64,000 nt of DNA from Dimorphilus gyrociliatus (taxonomy: Eukaryota; Animalia; Annelida): assembly GCA_904063045.1 (NCBI GenBank), contig CAJFCJ010000002.1:4497645-4561644 (forward strand), read 5' to 3'. A program made the position numbers and the translations under genes. Below are positions 1 through 12,800 of the stretch, piece after piece. The notes under the pieces are model-generated. The model searched no databases. It was not told where the DNA came from and saw only the letters and a program-made list of their open reading frames with translations. The first letter of the stretch is position 1. Each line of letters begins with the position of its first letter.

Positions 1-3000
1 ATAACGTATTTCCCGTTTAGTAATTGTTGCTTTTCCCTCTTGAACTTCTACATATTCCTTATACAAATCATCATCGTAGTTTCTGGCATCATGAGGAGGA
101 AGTTTTATGTCATTAATGACCAGAGGTAAGGTGACATCTAATTCATTCGAATGATGTTGTCTTCCATCTTTACCAACGGCAACTAATATTACTCTGTACA
201 TGTTATTTTCTTGACATCCATCAATAACTATTCGACATCGATCCATTTGATCACCAGGACGAATATCGTCTCCGCATTTTTGCCCATTCAAATATAGCGA
301 ATAATATTCAATTGGACTGTCCTCCGTGGATATTGACTTCCACACAACTGCTATAGAATCTTTCTTTTCAGCCACTTCAAGAGAGATCAATGGTCCGCCA
401 GTTTCCACAACTTTTGGACATTTAAGAATCAACTTGTTTGATTTATGAGATAAAAAATGACGAGATTTAGGTATGGCTTCCAGAACAACTTCATAACTTC
501 TGTCAGCAGCAAGATCAGCAGCCACTGCACTACAACAATTTGGAGCAATCTCCTTTCCATATGAGATGTCGTTCAAAAGAACTTTATAACCTTTCAATTC
601 TGCTAAAGCTTCCAAAGGTGGATTTTCCCAGAAAATTTCAATAACACCAGGCCCAACAAAATGACTCTTAATATTAGGCACACAATTTTTCCAATTTTCT
701 GTATTCTTTTGTAAAGCATCCATATCTTCCTCAACTTCAGAATTCGATTCAGAGCGATCTTCACCATCAGATGTTACCCAAAAACGTCTAAAAAACAGGA
801 AAAAAATGAAAATTTTTCATTTGATAGCATTAGATGGAATAACTTACTTAGATGTTAGGATAGTACTGTTTATTCTGTTGTCAGATACAGCCAAAGCCCT
901 GATATAATGTAATCCAGAGTTCTTCAATGTAATACCCTTTTTGGCATCATACTTCTATAAAAAAGTAAAACATTTTGATTAACTAAGGAAAGATAAACGC
1001 TAAAGAAGGGTAAATTTGGAAAACATTATTTTTTAGTAACAACATAGTAGTATTTAAGAAAATAGTATTTGGGTTTTGGTTAGAATGGTAGAATACGAAA
1101 GTTGTTATCCTGTGCAATTTAGATATCACTAAACGAAAAGAGTGTTGTTAAAAAACAATTATTGTAACCTCTGGTCGAGCTCGATAACCTCTCTTTCTGC
1201 CTTGCTAAATATGTTGATAAAATATGATGATATATTTATCTTAATCTAAGTTTAAGTGATGGATAATCAAGTTAAATTAGTTTAGAAGACGATCTGTACC
1301 TTGACGTTTAATTTATGGAGTTCTGGAGCAGTTCCATCTACAGTATAGTAAATTTTAGCACCTGCTGTGTCACATTTCAACCACACAACATGATTCTTTT
1401 CTACTGTTCCACCGTTCATTTCTCCACCTTGAATGTATGGTTTACTCGTCTTCGATGCTGGTGCTTCCAAAACATGGACTTCACATGGAAAGCCAGGAGC
1501 TCCCTGCGATATCACACTGAAAACTCCGCATTCATCAAAAGTATGAAGGAAAGAACTATTAGGCGTTTGTTTTCCGGAATTAAAAGCCTTTGAACCTTGT
1601 ACACGACTTAGAGGGTTGGAGTTATCGCTGTTGTTTACATGAATAATGTTATGAGCTTCTTCTGATCCAACCCAACTCCATAGTATGGATTGTCCCTTCT
1701 GAATGCAAATTTTTGGTGGCCAAAATCCTTTACTATTCACACGAATTTGTGCATGTTCATTAATATGGTCGACGAGAACAGTGCTCACTCTTTGGTCTTC
1801 CAAACTATTACGAGCGCCGCGATTATAATTGTAAAATCCTCTACTAGTAAAGTGATACATTCCTTTTTTTGAGAACATTCTGTTCATACAATAACGGGGA
1901 CCTTGTTCCGTATTTTCTATCTGTGGATCAAGGAGATGTTCAATTGATGTAATTTGACTAACATCGTAATGTTGAAGTCCTCGATAAGTCCATGCAACAA
2001 CATCATGAACGTTGGCAACAACGGGATCATTTTCTATACTTTCTCCCGGTTCGACTTCAACTTCATGAACCTTTGGAGCTTTTGATACAACAACAGCTCC
2101 AAATGCTTTTGGCAATGAATCGGATATGTAATAGTAACATCCCAAATTTTCAAATCGATGAACAAAGCCAGAGGGGGTGTCCAATAAGGCTCCACTCGAG
2201 AAACCAGTTTTAATTACATTTCCGCTATGAGTAACTTGAGCTATGTTATGAGGCAAAGCTTTACGACTAGATTCTTGCCAAATCCACCAAATTCTATCAC
2301 CAGCCTTGACCGTTACAAGTTTAGGTTCAAAACCTTGGTCAGTAACATGTACAGTATAATTCTATTAAATGGAAAATAGCTTTGAATTGTAGGGGAAAAA
2401 ATTAATTTATATAATAAACTTACTCTTGGCCCATTTTCACAGATGATAGAGCATGAATTAATGATATCTGGACAATCTGGTACTCTATAGTGATAAACTC
2501 CAACTGTACCAAATATTACAGTGTCTACGCCAATTTGAGCTTTAAGTTTTTCACATTCTTGATCCATATAAGCATGTTCATTTATATCTATAATTACAGT
2601 TCCCAATTAGAATTTAAGCAATAATTAATTGTTTTAAAGCATACCACTATTATCATTTTCAATTCCAGGTCTAGTGGCCTCAATCGTATTGCATTTTTCC
2701 CATTCTCGTAGAAGAAACCCGCTTTCCATTTCATTCGGTTTCCATGTAAACCACACCCTATCGCCAGTTTTAACTTTCTGAAGACCTAGAGTAAGAGATA
2801 ATGATAAATCTATCACAAAATGAAAAGGTTAATTTCTAATTTACCAGGTGAAAATTGATCATTTCGCGATAATTCAATAAAATGTTCTTTTTCTTTCGGT
2901 TTAACAACAATTGTCCCCACATATTCTGCAGCTTGAGTAGCATTATAATCGGAGAAATAATAAACTCCAGCTTCGTGAAATTCATGAGATAAAAGGCCAC

Positions 3001-5044
3001 ATTTTCTATTAAATATTTCATAAAACTTATTAATAGAGAAGAACTAAAAAAACAAAGAATTATATTAAAACTTACGATGGTTTTGGCCATTGAAAACCAT
3101 TCTTTTTTTGCTTGTAGGAGTCATCACTGCGAGAATTTGCAGAGGGTCTCTCTATTTCGTAAACGCAATGTAGCTTTTTTGTCTATGAATAATGTAAAAT
3201 GTTTTTCTTTTAATAAAATTCATCAAATACATAATTCATAATTTTTTTAATATTGTATCAAGTCTATATATGTAATGTAATAAAAAAATTTACCCTGTTT
3301 TTATCCCAACCCCACCATACTCTATCTCCTTCATCAATTAATAAGATTTGGGGTTGAAATTCATTATCCAATATTTCTATTTGATGTTCTCTGTTAAATT
3401 GACTCTATTAATCCATAAAGAAATGTGATAAGCCTTAAAATTTCACCTTTGCCTCTCTCGTACATGAACACCACAAAAGATTTTTTCCCCAGGTGATAAA
3501 CCTTCACTTTGGAAGTAGAATAGACCGGGGTTGCTTTTATTAAAACAAATCGTATTTATTAAAATTACAGGAAAATTAATATTATTCTTACTCGAAACTC
3601 CTTTTGCAAGATCCACTTCTTGAACTAGGTCCACTAATATCGTCTTTGGCTATAAATTTGCCCCATCTATGAAAGTATTTTACCTTAAAACAATAAATTA
3701 GTTATTTATAATTAGTTTCATCTTGCTAATTAAAAATTTACTTCAGTTATAGAATGTGGTATTAGACAGTTTTTCCATCTCCATTCAATGGTATTGCCTT
3801 CGTCAATACGAAGAATTTTAGGGAAAAAGCCTTCATCTCCAAGTTCAGCTTCTATATTTGTTCGTTCATATACTTCTATAGTAAGTGGTGTACACTTAAT
3901 TCCGAGACTAAAATTCGAATAAAGAGAACAATTATTTACATAAATAAATATAAAGCTACGCAGTAGGCCAAAGAAAAAAAAATCAACTATCTAAACAATT
4001 ACAATATAAATAAAAGGAAAATATTTGGAAGTTTTGCTCTCTTGTTACTTAAATTAATTAATATTAGAAAAAACAATACTAAATGGTCAAATAGTTCAAT
4101 CAATATGTTCAATAAATAAAAATCATGGAATCAATAGGGCAACAAAATGAATTTTTCTCCAGTAATCATATACTAAGTGGTTTTAGTATTAATTACCCAG
4201 CTTTAAAGTCTTCAAAATATCTTCCAATGCTTTGAAAATAAATATAATATGTAAATATGTAAAAGTTTAATATTTTAGGATATTATTTTTTAACTTGTTT
4301 TTGAAAAGTCAATAGTGTTATGGTATTTTAATTACTGAACCAGAATTTACTTTTAAATATATACTTAATATACTTTTGTGTAAAATACAATTATTATCTT
4401 TCAACTTCTAGCACAATGATAAAGTTGAATAAAGCAAAGTATCAAAGATTTATGATCCACTTTTCTAGCATAATATTATTGCCAGAATATAATATACAAA
4501 GTATATTATAATATTTGAACAAAGAGTGTTGTATTTACCTGACAAATTTGTAGAAGCCGGATAGGTTAAATTGCTCTTCGTAAAATCCTTTTCTTGAAAT
4601 CTGACCACTATGAAATCCCCCTATTACTGGTTTGAATTTCTCTCCATCATGTACGACCTATGATAGCAAATACGTTATTTTAAATGATATGGACAAAAAT
4701 TCCAAAAAGTATCTTACCTGGGTAACATTATATCCTTGACCATCACTAGAAGTTTCATCCCATTTAAAAGTTACAACTTGTCCTTCACAAATCCGCAATT
4801 GTTGAACAGAAAATCCATTTTTATCTATAAGAACGGTACAAGCAGATCGTCTTCCCAGTACAGCAGCTCTCATTTTTCTACTATTTCGATTCTCGGATTC
4901 TCTATGCTGCTTAATTGTCGCTCTGCCATCTTTGACAAATTCCGACTTGTTGGGTGGAAGTACTCTTGGGCGTTGAGAATTAGACGACTGGGGTGCTTGC
5001 CCCCTAACAGTCTGTTCCGGTTCAGAAGAAACACCGCAACCCAT
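1..5044 (-). CDS. Multi-exon protein with N-terminal MGC lipidation motif, about 7 cupredoxin-like repeats, an Fn3-associated (chitobiase-like) domain and FN3-like domains; runs off the left edge
   Basis: Starts MGCGVSSE at 5044. Hand-spliced exons (donor at 4718, then about 4536-4658, 3740-3907, 3300-3410, 2850-3020, 1290-2290, 850-960, 1-790) repeat an F-x-P-x-x-L-x-I-x-x-G-x-x-V-x-W-x-W ... H ... G-x-Y/F pattern. These are followed by VWLKCDTAGAKIYYTVDGT...GLHYIRALAV and IEIFWENPP / IAVVWKS...YYSLYLNG. The frame is still open at base 1. Confidence 0.75.
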
Positions 5045-6040
5045 TTTGGGAGGTAATTTACTAAAATATAAAGAGTAATAGTTAATACATTTATCTATAG
5101 AAATACTAAAGCAAGTAATGTCTGGAATGCAGGTTCAATCAAATTGAAGGTAAGTACTATAGGATAAAGAAAAGTTCATACTGAGACAAGAGAGTTAATT
5201 TAATTCCGTATTGGCTTTTTTTTCCTGAGTGCTGTTTCATCGATTGAAAACGATGAAAAGTAATTAGAGTAAGATAGGGAGTACCTTTTTAAACAAACTA
5301 ACTATATTTCAACTATTTACAATAAACCTTTCAATACGAATAACACTATAAATATTGCTCTTAGCTGAAAGATTACCGAGAAATAGCATGAAAAGAAACG
5401 CCTGCGCTTAGAACACTGATCCATAAATAGTTTTGAATGGTATTTGGAATTCTTCTTAGTTAGGCCTACACCTGCGTAAGCTATCGACCTTAGCAAACAA
5501 AACAAAAAATTATTAAATTTTACAGAAAAATTGAATATAGATCAATATTAAGTCAATGAATTTTAAATAAGGATGGAAGAGAACGTCAGTAACCATACGG
5601 TACAGCATAAAAAAAAGTAAAAGTCCATCAATTATAAATATAGTTTCAATTAAAATCGTCTCCCTCTTTCCCTATCACGCTAACATAACTATTTAACTTA
5701 TTCACTTTTAATTTCTTTATCTAAACGTCTATTATTCGTATTAAAATTTCCTATTAACAATATTCAAACTGAATCTTTTTATTGTTACCATATACAATGT
5801 TAAAGAAAACACTCCATCTCATATTGTTTTTCGCTATCTAACTTAAGTATCTATTTACATCTATTCAAGTAATAAAAACTTTTTCTTATCTAACTATCAA
5901 ATTGATAAGATAAATAAATTGACAAGTTACCTTTAAAAGACACCAAACAAATGAATATATAGCATTTCAAGCCTTAAATTTCTGCTGAACAGTTTTAATA
6001 AGCGGTGTTTTTTAGTAGATTGATTTCTTCTTAGCAACGA

Positions 6041-6050
6041 GTCACGTGAC
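6041..6050. promoter_or_regulatory. Perfect CLEAR-type palindrome GTCACGTGAC between divergent genes
   Basis: Exact 10-mer in AT-rich intergenic DNA between the minus-strand cupredoxin-repeat gene and the plus-strand SH2 gene; matches the MiT/TFE (TFEB)/USF consensus. Confidence 0.45.
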
Positions 6051-6625
6051 AAAAAGAAAATAATAAAAATTCATTTATTTTAATATCTAACTAATTTTAA
6101 ATATATTTTTAATATTAAAAATTGCATAAAAAATTAATTATAGTATTTTATAAAAAAATATTTTACGACAGTAGAACTTGTTTTCGTAAACAAGTGATTC
6201 ATTGGGAAAACAAAGTTTGTCTGAGATGCACCTGTTAAATCTTTTATAGTTGAATATACATCGTGATGAAGGTTAGATAGATTATTTTAAATTAAATGCT
6301 TAAATTAATATGTGCTAAAATATAACAAATGTTGACTTAAAAACCGGCTAAAATGTTTGCTTTTTTCACCTTAAAAATTTTACTATTATGTACAGTATAT
6401 TAAATATCCTTGGCCTTTATCCTGCTTTAAATAGTATTGTTTTGTAAAAGAGAAAAGTTGCATAATCGCTTAATACAATTGATATTACTGTGAATATATA
6501 TTTAAAAGTTGTATTATATTATATTTAATTATTCTTAAAAAGCTTATAGATCTAAACTAATTCTTTAAAAGAGTAGCAAAATCATATTTGTGATACTTCG
6601 TCATGATCGATAATAGAGTAATTTT

Positions 6626-7339
6626 ATGAAAAATGTTCCTCTCATACAGAAAGAGAAAATGACGCATACTATTCGCACAAGTCTGGTTGAAGATGTTCGT
6701 CGGTTGCCTTATTTTCATGCAGATTTGGATAATAAAGCAGCGAAAAAAATATTATGTGATTTTATAAAAGAAGATGGATGTTTTCTTTTACGACCAAGCT
6801 CGTCAGAGAATCATGCGTGCACATTCTCGGTAACAAATCAAGGTTCTATTCTACACGTGAAACTCTTTAAAACTAATTCAAGTCAGTACCATCTAGACGT
6901 TGATCAAACGCCTTTCCCGTCTATTCAACGCTTAGTGGCACATTATTCAAACTCGGCTATTCCCTGTGAGAATTATACAAACATGAAGTTTATTTTCCCA
7001 ATAACATCTAAAAAACAAACAAAGCTCCAGAGAATTTCAGAATGTTCTATTGACACGGCAACTGTTAGCAGACCTTTGCCAGCACCGCCATTAGAGAACT
7101 TGGATAAAAAGGAGGAAGTAATAAAAGAGGAAGTTTGTGAATGTGGACTTCAAAAATCGAATCTTGCTGCTGGTTGGACTGTACACGTCAGCCATGAACC
7201 AGCAACAAGAGGATTATTATTTTTCCAACATAAAGATGGTTTAAAAGTTTGGGAGCTTCCAATAGATATTGTATCTCTCTTGACCAGCGAACAGAGAAAT
7301 TTCCTACAGGCAAATGGATATAGAGGAGCTTTAACATAA
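6626..7339 (+). CDS. Single-exon SH2-domain protein with a C-terminal WW-like segment
   Basis: 237-aa ORF: PYFHADLDNKAAKKIL...DGCFLLRPSS (FLLR, Arg intact)...FPSIQRLVAHY; Pro-rich linker SRPLPAPP; then AGWTVHVS...GLLFFQHKDGLKVWELP. Confidence 0.85.
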   Translation: MKNVPLIQKEKMTHTIRTSLVEDVRRLPYFHADLDNKAAKKILCDFIKEDGCFLLRPSSSENHACTFSVTNQGSILHVKLFKTNSSQYHLDVDQTPFPSIQRLVAHYSNSAIPCENYTNMKFIFPITSKKQTKLQRISECSIDTATVSRPLPAPPLENLDKKEEVIKEEVCECGLQKSNLAAGWTVHVSHEPATRGLLFFQHKDGLKVWELPIDIVSLLTSEQRNFLQANGYRGALT

Positions 7340-8341
7340 AGCGCCCGATTACTTTTAGAACGTTATATATTTATTCTAAACTTTATCTAAAACTTTGATA
7401 AGAATTTCAGGGGGGAAAAAAACAGTTCCTACAGATGTTCCTAATTAATTTAGTTGTTTAGCTTAAAAATTCTTTTTTCCAGTTGAGCCAAAACAAAAAT
7501 TTTGAAAAAAATTGCATTAAAAAACAAAGCCAAAAAAAATATTTAAGCAAAAACAGTAAAGGAAATTGTTTCTCTTTTTTTTCTCCTATACACTAAAAGT
7601 ACTGTATTACATTTACCTTTTGCTTTCTACTTTATGCTTTTATAATCCTATTTACAACCAAAGAATGAAACAAAGAGAGAAAAATTTCTCTTTCTTTTAT
7701 TATGTTCGCAAAATAAAACTGCAAAACTTAAACTAATAAAAATTTATATATTTTAAACAATTGTTCTTTTTTTTTTCTTTTCTTCTACTTTCTTTTTCTC
7801 TTTTTGTCATGTTTCTTTTATTCTTCCTTCTCTCTTTCTTCTCCCTCTCTATGTTAATTCCGAAAGTATTAAATAATATTCATTCATTCTGTATTATTCA
7901 ACAATTGAAAGAAAATTTTAATCAGTCATACTTTTTAATAAAGACATTTGCATATCAAAACAATTTGTAAAATTTCAACATCATTTCCTGACTGAATCAT
8001 AGTAAATTTGATGATTAATTAACAAAGAAAACGACAGTAGTATTATGAATTAATGATAAACTACGATCATTTTAAGGTTTATAGGTTACTAGGCAACAAG
8101 AGAGAGAGAGCGCCCATCCTGTTTTCTTTTTTTATCACGATTTCTAGAAAAAGCTGTTTACAATTTCCCTTTTTTCGTTTTTTAATGCGTAGTTGAGTGT
8201 TGATTTATTGCAGTTCGTTTATTTGATAATTAAATTAATACTAAATATTAATTCTTTTAAACGGTACCTACTTATTTACATAAATTTTTTCTATATAAAA
8301 TAGCACCGCAAAAATAATTTACTATTATGCTAAAGTATTTT

Positions 8342-9075
8342 CTATTTCAGTAGAGTTTGCCAATTTTCAACTAATTTGATTTCTTTGCTATCATCTCTTC
8401 TTTGAAAGAGCATTTCCCCTTCAAATCTGACTAACCCTTGCTTCCTTGCTCTTAATAATAAACCTACGACTTTGCTAGATATCTTAGTATAGGCCTCAAA
8501 TATAGCCCGAAACGAAATAATCCAACCGTCGGGATATTGATTTCCAATAGATTCAATCATCAGGCAAAGTTCTTCTATCTAGAAATAAAGAAATATTATT
8601 AGATCATCATTCCATTGTTGAGAATTATATTTAATAAGTCTTGTTCCACTTAAACGCTTCTTTATTTTATTTTTTACATATCTAACGAATGCTTTCACAC
8701 AACTATGTCAATGTACTTAATAAAACTCCTACTATTTCCGCATTTCTGGTGAAAAGAAAAATAAAGTATGTTTATTCACTGCGGAAATAAAACGAGTCTG
8801 CTGTTTGTAGATGATTAAGATTTTTTTTATATATTTTAAAAATAAAAAGGTTAAAAATTTACCTCAGATGTTATAAGTTTTTTGGCCTGGTTAGCCCGTT
8901 TCTCAGTAAACGAACCCTCTACTGGCTTACCATAATTTGCGTCATTGATAGATAATTTTTCTCTGTGTCCAGCACCTTCCCATTCAGAGAATGGATTAAT
9001 AAGTTGTTTTTCTTTGTGTTCATCAACTTTCTTTTGCCATAATTCTACTTTTCCATTGATATTTGACTTGAAACC
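8342..9075 (-). CDS. ABRA: Actin-binding Rho-activating protein (STARS/Costars domain); 5' exon unresolved
   Basis: Exon 9075-8863 (LINPFSEWEG...NYGKPVEGSFTEKRANQAKKLITSE) joins in phase 0 to exon 8578-8342 (IEELCLMI...FEAYTKISSKVVGLLLRARKQGLVRFEGEMLFQRRDD). Confidence 0.9.
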
Positions 9076-9830
9076 CTTAAAATAGATAGTGTTTAAGTTT
9101 AAAGGGAAATTATATAACGGACTTATCTATTCTGATATGATGAAATGTGTAATGAAATTGTATTTAAAAAATAGGTACAAAAAAACAATAAACTTTCATA
9201 AGAGTTCATACTTTTTACTACAAAAAGGTCAACACATTAAATTAACGACTATTATACTATTAAGTTAAATTAAAAGACGCTTGTTGTTTATGCAAAAAGG
9301 GTCATTTTTTCCTCTTAATAATATTATTGTTATTATTTGTTTGTCATTTTTCGTTAAAAGTCGTAGAATAAATATTTTTCCAAAAGAATCCAAATTTTCT
9401 CAACATTTGTTCTAAACAAATCATATATATAAAAGCTAGGATGCAGATCAAAACTGTCTTTATATATACTGTAAATATATATATATAAATTTATATATAT
9501 AGAATTTATAGGCAAGCTTAGCAAATATGGAAAAAACAGAAAATTGAAAAATCAAAAGCTCTATTTTTATACATTGAAGTATTAAACAGAAGTATTTGTA
9601 GTTATGATTGTTTGTAACAAATATTTTATACTAGAAACAATATAGTAAGAAAATATACTCTTTTTGTTTCTTGTTAAACTGTTGAAAATTATCTTCTTTC
9701 CTTTGAATTTTGATGATTACATTATATAATATAAAAAAATATATATAAAATAACTTCTTCAACAGCTTTTCATTCGCTGTTGAATATTTTTTTAATTTCT
9801 TCTTTTAAATGAATATTTAGTAAGTAAAAT

Positions 9831-12800
9831 TTATTGCCTCGTCATTAAATATCTATCAAGTTTCAAATCCTCAAATTTATGTAATTCGGTCAAAAAAGAT
9901 TCTTTTAAATGATCGCATTTATCTCTTGGATATGAGCATTGGTTCTTTTTACCACAATCAATAATATTAATTAAATCAGACAATTCAGGTATAAAGGAAT
10001 ATCTTTCATATGGAATGGAATACCTTTTCATTATAAAATTCATTGAGGAATAAGAATGTTTATTGGTGTTATGTAAAATTATTTCAGTATAATCTTCACT
10101 TCCATAAGAGCAATACAAGCAGGAATATTTAATAATAGAATTTAAAGGTTTGAGAATACTATTTATATTTACTGGTGTATGATCCTCGTATTCCTTCCAG
10201 TGTTCAATCAATTTTAGATGATTTTCAAATTGTGTTTCGCAAGTTTCACACGCTTTTGATGAAAATTCAAGTCTTTTTTCTTCTAATTTAAGAGAAACTG
10301 AATAACAACCAAATAGATAGTTAATATCACAAATTTCGTGATGTGTTAGAAAATGATCTGAACAATCTCGAATACACTTAAATAACTTATAGCATTCGGG
10401 ACAGAAAATTTCCATTTTGTTTTCTTTACCAACATTTAATATGTTTCTTTTCGCAAATATTGGAATTGGTCCTTTTTCACCAAATTTACATATCATCTCA
10501 CATCCAGAAACATGACAATTTTGCTTTAAATGATTTAAAAGAGATTGAGAACTACCTGAGAAAAAATTGCAACAATGACATTTATAAGCAACCTTTATTG
10601 ATTCATCAGCCTTCACTTCCTTTAACTCTTTTCTCAGCCTATTATAAACAATTAAAAGCAGTGCCTCACGATACTCTGCGAATATAACATTACATCCTAA
10701 TTTGGTGTCTGATGGCATTTCCAAATGGGATTTCCTCAACTCTCTCTTCATTCTTTCGTGTCTTGTACTTAAAACATGCTGAATTCCATCATTTCTACAC
10801 TCAGAAACATAATTACATTCCTGACATCTATAAGTAAGTACAGCAGGTTTCTTATCCAACTTGAATAAAGTTTCAAGTGAATTTCCACTCTTATCAACTT
10901 TTAAGCATTCTATACTTGCATCTGCGCATTCTTTTTCTTCTAAATGATCTGATGCTTTATCAATATTTGTCTCAATAAAGTTACATTTCTCACAGCTGAG
11001 TATAATAAACTCAACATCCGGTAGAATGGGATATTCAAGATAATCACCTTCCTCACAAAATCCTTTTAAACAAGCCAATGTATTATGATCAATGGTTTCG
11101 AAAATTCCCCCTGCGGAAAACTGTGATTTTACTCTATAAATTAACAGATTTGATAAAGAATCTTCAGCTTCATAAGTTGAAGCTGAGTAATGATTCGTCG
11201 TCCTTAAATGCTCTTTAATGATTTCAATCTTCGGTGTATAAAACTCGCAATTAATGCATTTATATATCATATGCTTCTTTAACTTATTGTTCTTCGACAA
11301 GTTTTCAATTGTTCTTGACGTATTATCATTTTGAAGATTCTTTGAAATGTCATCAGTTTTGCTCTCTTCGGCATATTTCGTCTTTTCTGTGCAAGAATAT
11401 GTAACATTCTCACATCTCAGATCAAGATCTTTATGAACTAGCGAATCTATCTTTAATTTCTGTATTTTATTCTCATGAGATTCAATCTGATCACGTTTTA
11501 GGACATCTTTCAAATCAATAAAGTTCGCTTTCTCATTTGAATCGTCCTCTTCTGAGCTCTGAAAAGTTTTATATGATTCTTCCTTTTTCAGTTCTTTATT
11601 ATAAGCTTTATTATTATTCTGGTCAATATCTGCTTTCTCTTTTCTATTGCCAAGTCTTTTCCAAACGTTTGATTGCGATATTTTATTTTCGCTACTTTTT
11701 GACATTTTCCCCTCTTTTAAGGAATTTGATTCTTCTACAAGGGATTGGAAAAAGTAGTCATCAGAATTGGCAGTACTAAAAGGAGATAAAATCACTTCAA
11801 CTGGGGAATCTTTACCCAGAGTTGAAGACTTTAGTTCATTTGTTATTTTACCAGTATCTTTATCATACTTTCTAGAAATTTTAATCTTTTCCCCAAAGGT
11901 TTCATTTGTCTTTGGTGGTGAAACGATAACCACATTTTCTGCAGTTGGCTCTGCTTTCTCCACTTTCCGTTCATGTTCAATATCTGAATCTTTATTTTTG
12001 ACTATACGTAGACTATTATCATATGGACGATATACCTTTTGACGATTTTTTCTATCAATTTCAATTGAAATATTTGTTGTATCATCAATATCTAGATTCT
12101 TCTTATTTGTATCAGTCTGTAAATTTACACATTTTTTTCCTTTTTTATGTTTTGACTGTGATTTTTTGTATGAAAGCATTTTATCTTTATCATTAAAAAT
12201 AGTCTTTGAAATATGACTTGCGTTTTTACTTTCTCTATTATTTTTCAAACTAGAATGAAACGATTTAATATTAGTATTACTATCCTCTCTTCTTCGGTAA
12301 TCTACATCCATAAAAGAGTCTTCAGTAATTGTTGGAGTATTCTTTTTATCATTTGAAAATACACGATTAAATATAGTTTCTGCTATTTTAAAATTAGAAT
12401 TTCTATCTATGGAATCGTATTCACTCTCTACTGCAATAGATAAACTTTTTCCAGACTTTTCGAGCTTATCGTCTTCTCTAAAATTCCTAAGCTTATTTGA
12501 ATTGTGATTCAGTGATTCCCGCCTATAAACTGAATTTTTTAACGTATCTTTTTTTGTACTACTACTAGCTTTCCGACTATAGTCCAAACCCGATTCGGAT
12601 ATATAATTTACAGAGCAACGTGTCTGTGTTGAATGATTGGTACCATTTTTTCTGACTTGGACGGAGTCAAACTGCTCTTCGCGAAATTTATTACGGTTTG
12701 GAATCCATTCATCGTCTGATAGTTGGTTGGTAGTTTTCTTTCTGTCCAATTGCTCTCTTTCGTATGTAGGCCATGGTGGAGAGTTAGTTCTTGATGTGTA

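Noticed and set aside
5118-5156. Perfect plus-strand donor AAG|GTAAGT antisense to the cupredoxin gene 5' region
   Set aside because: One such 9-mer is expected by chance in a window this size; no supporting exon chain.
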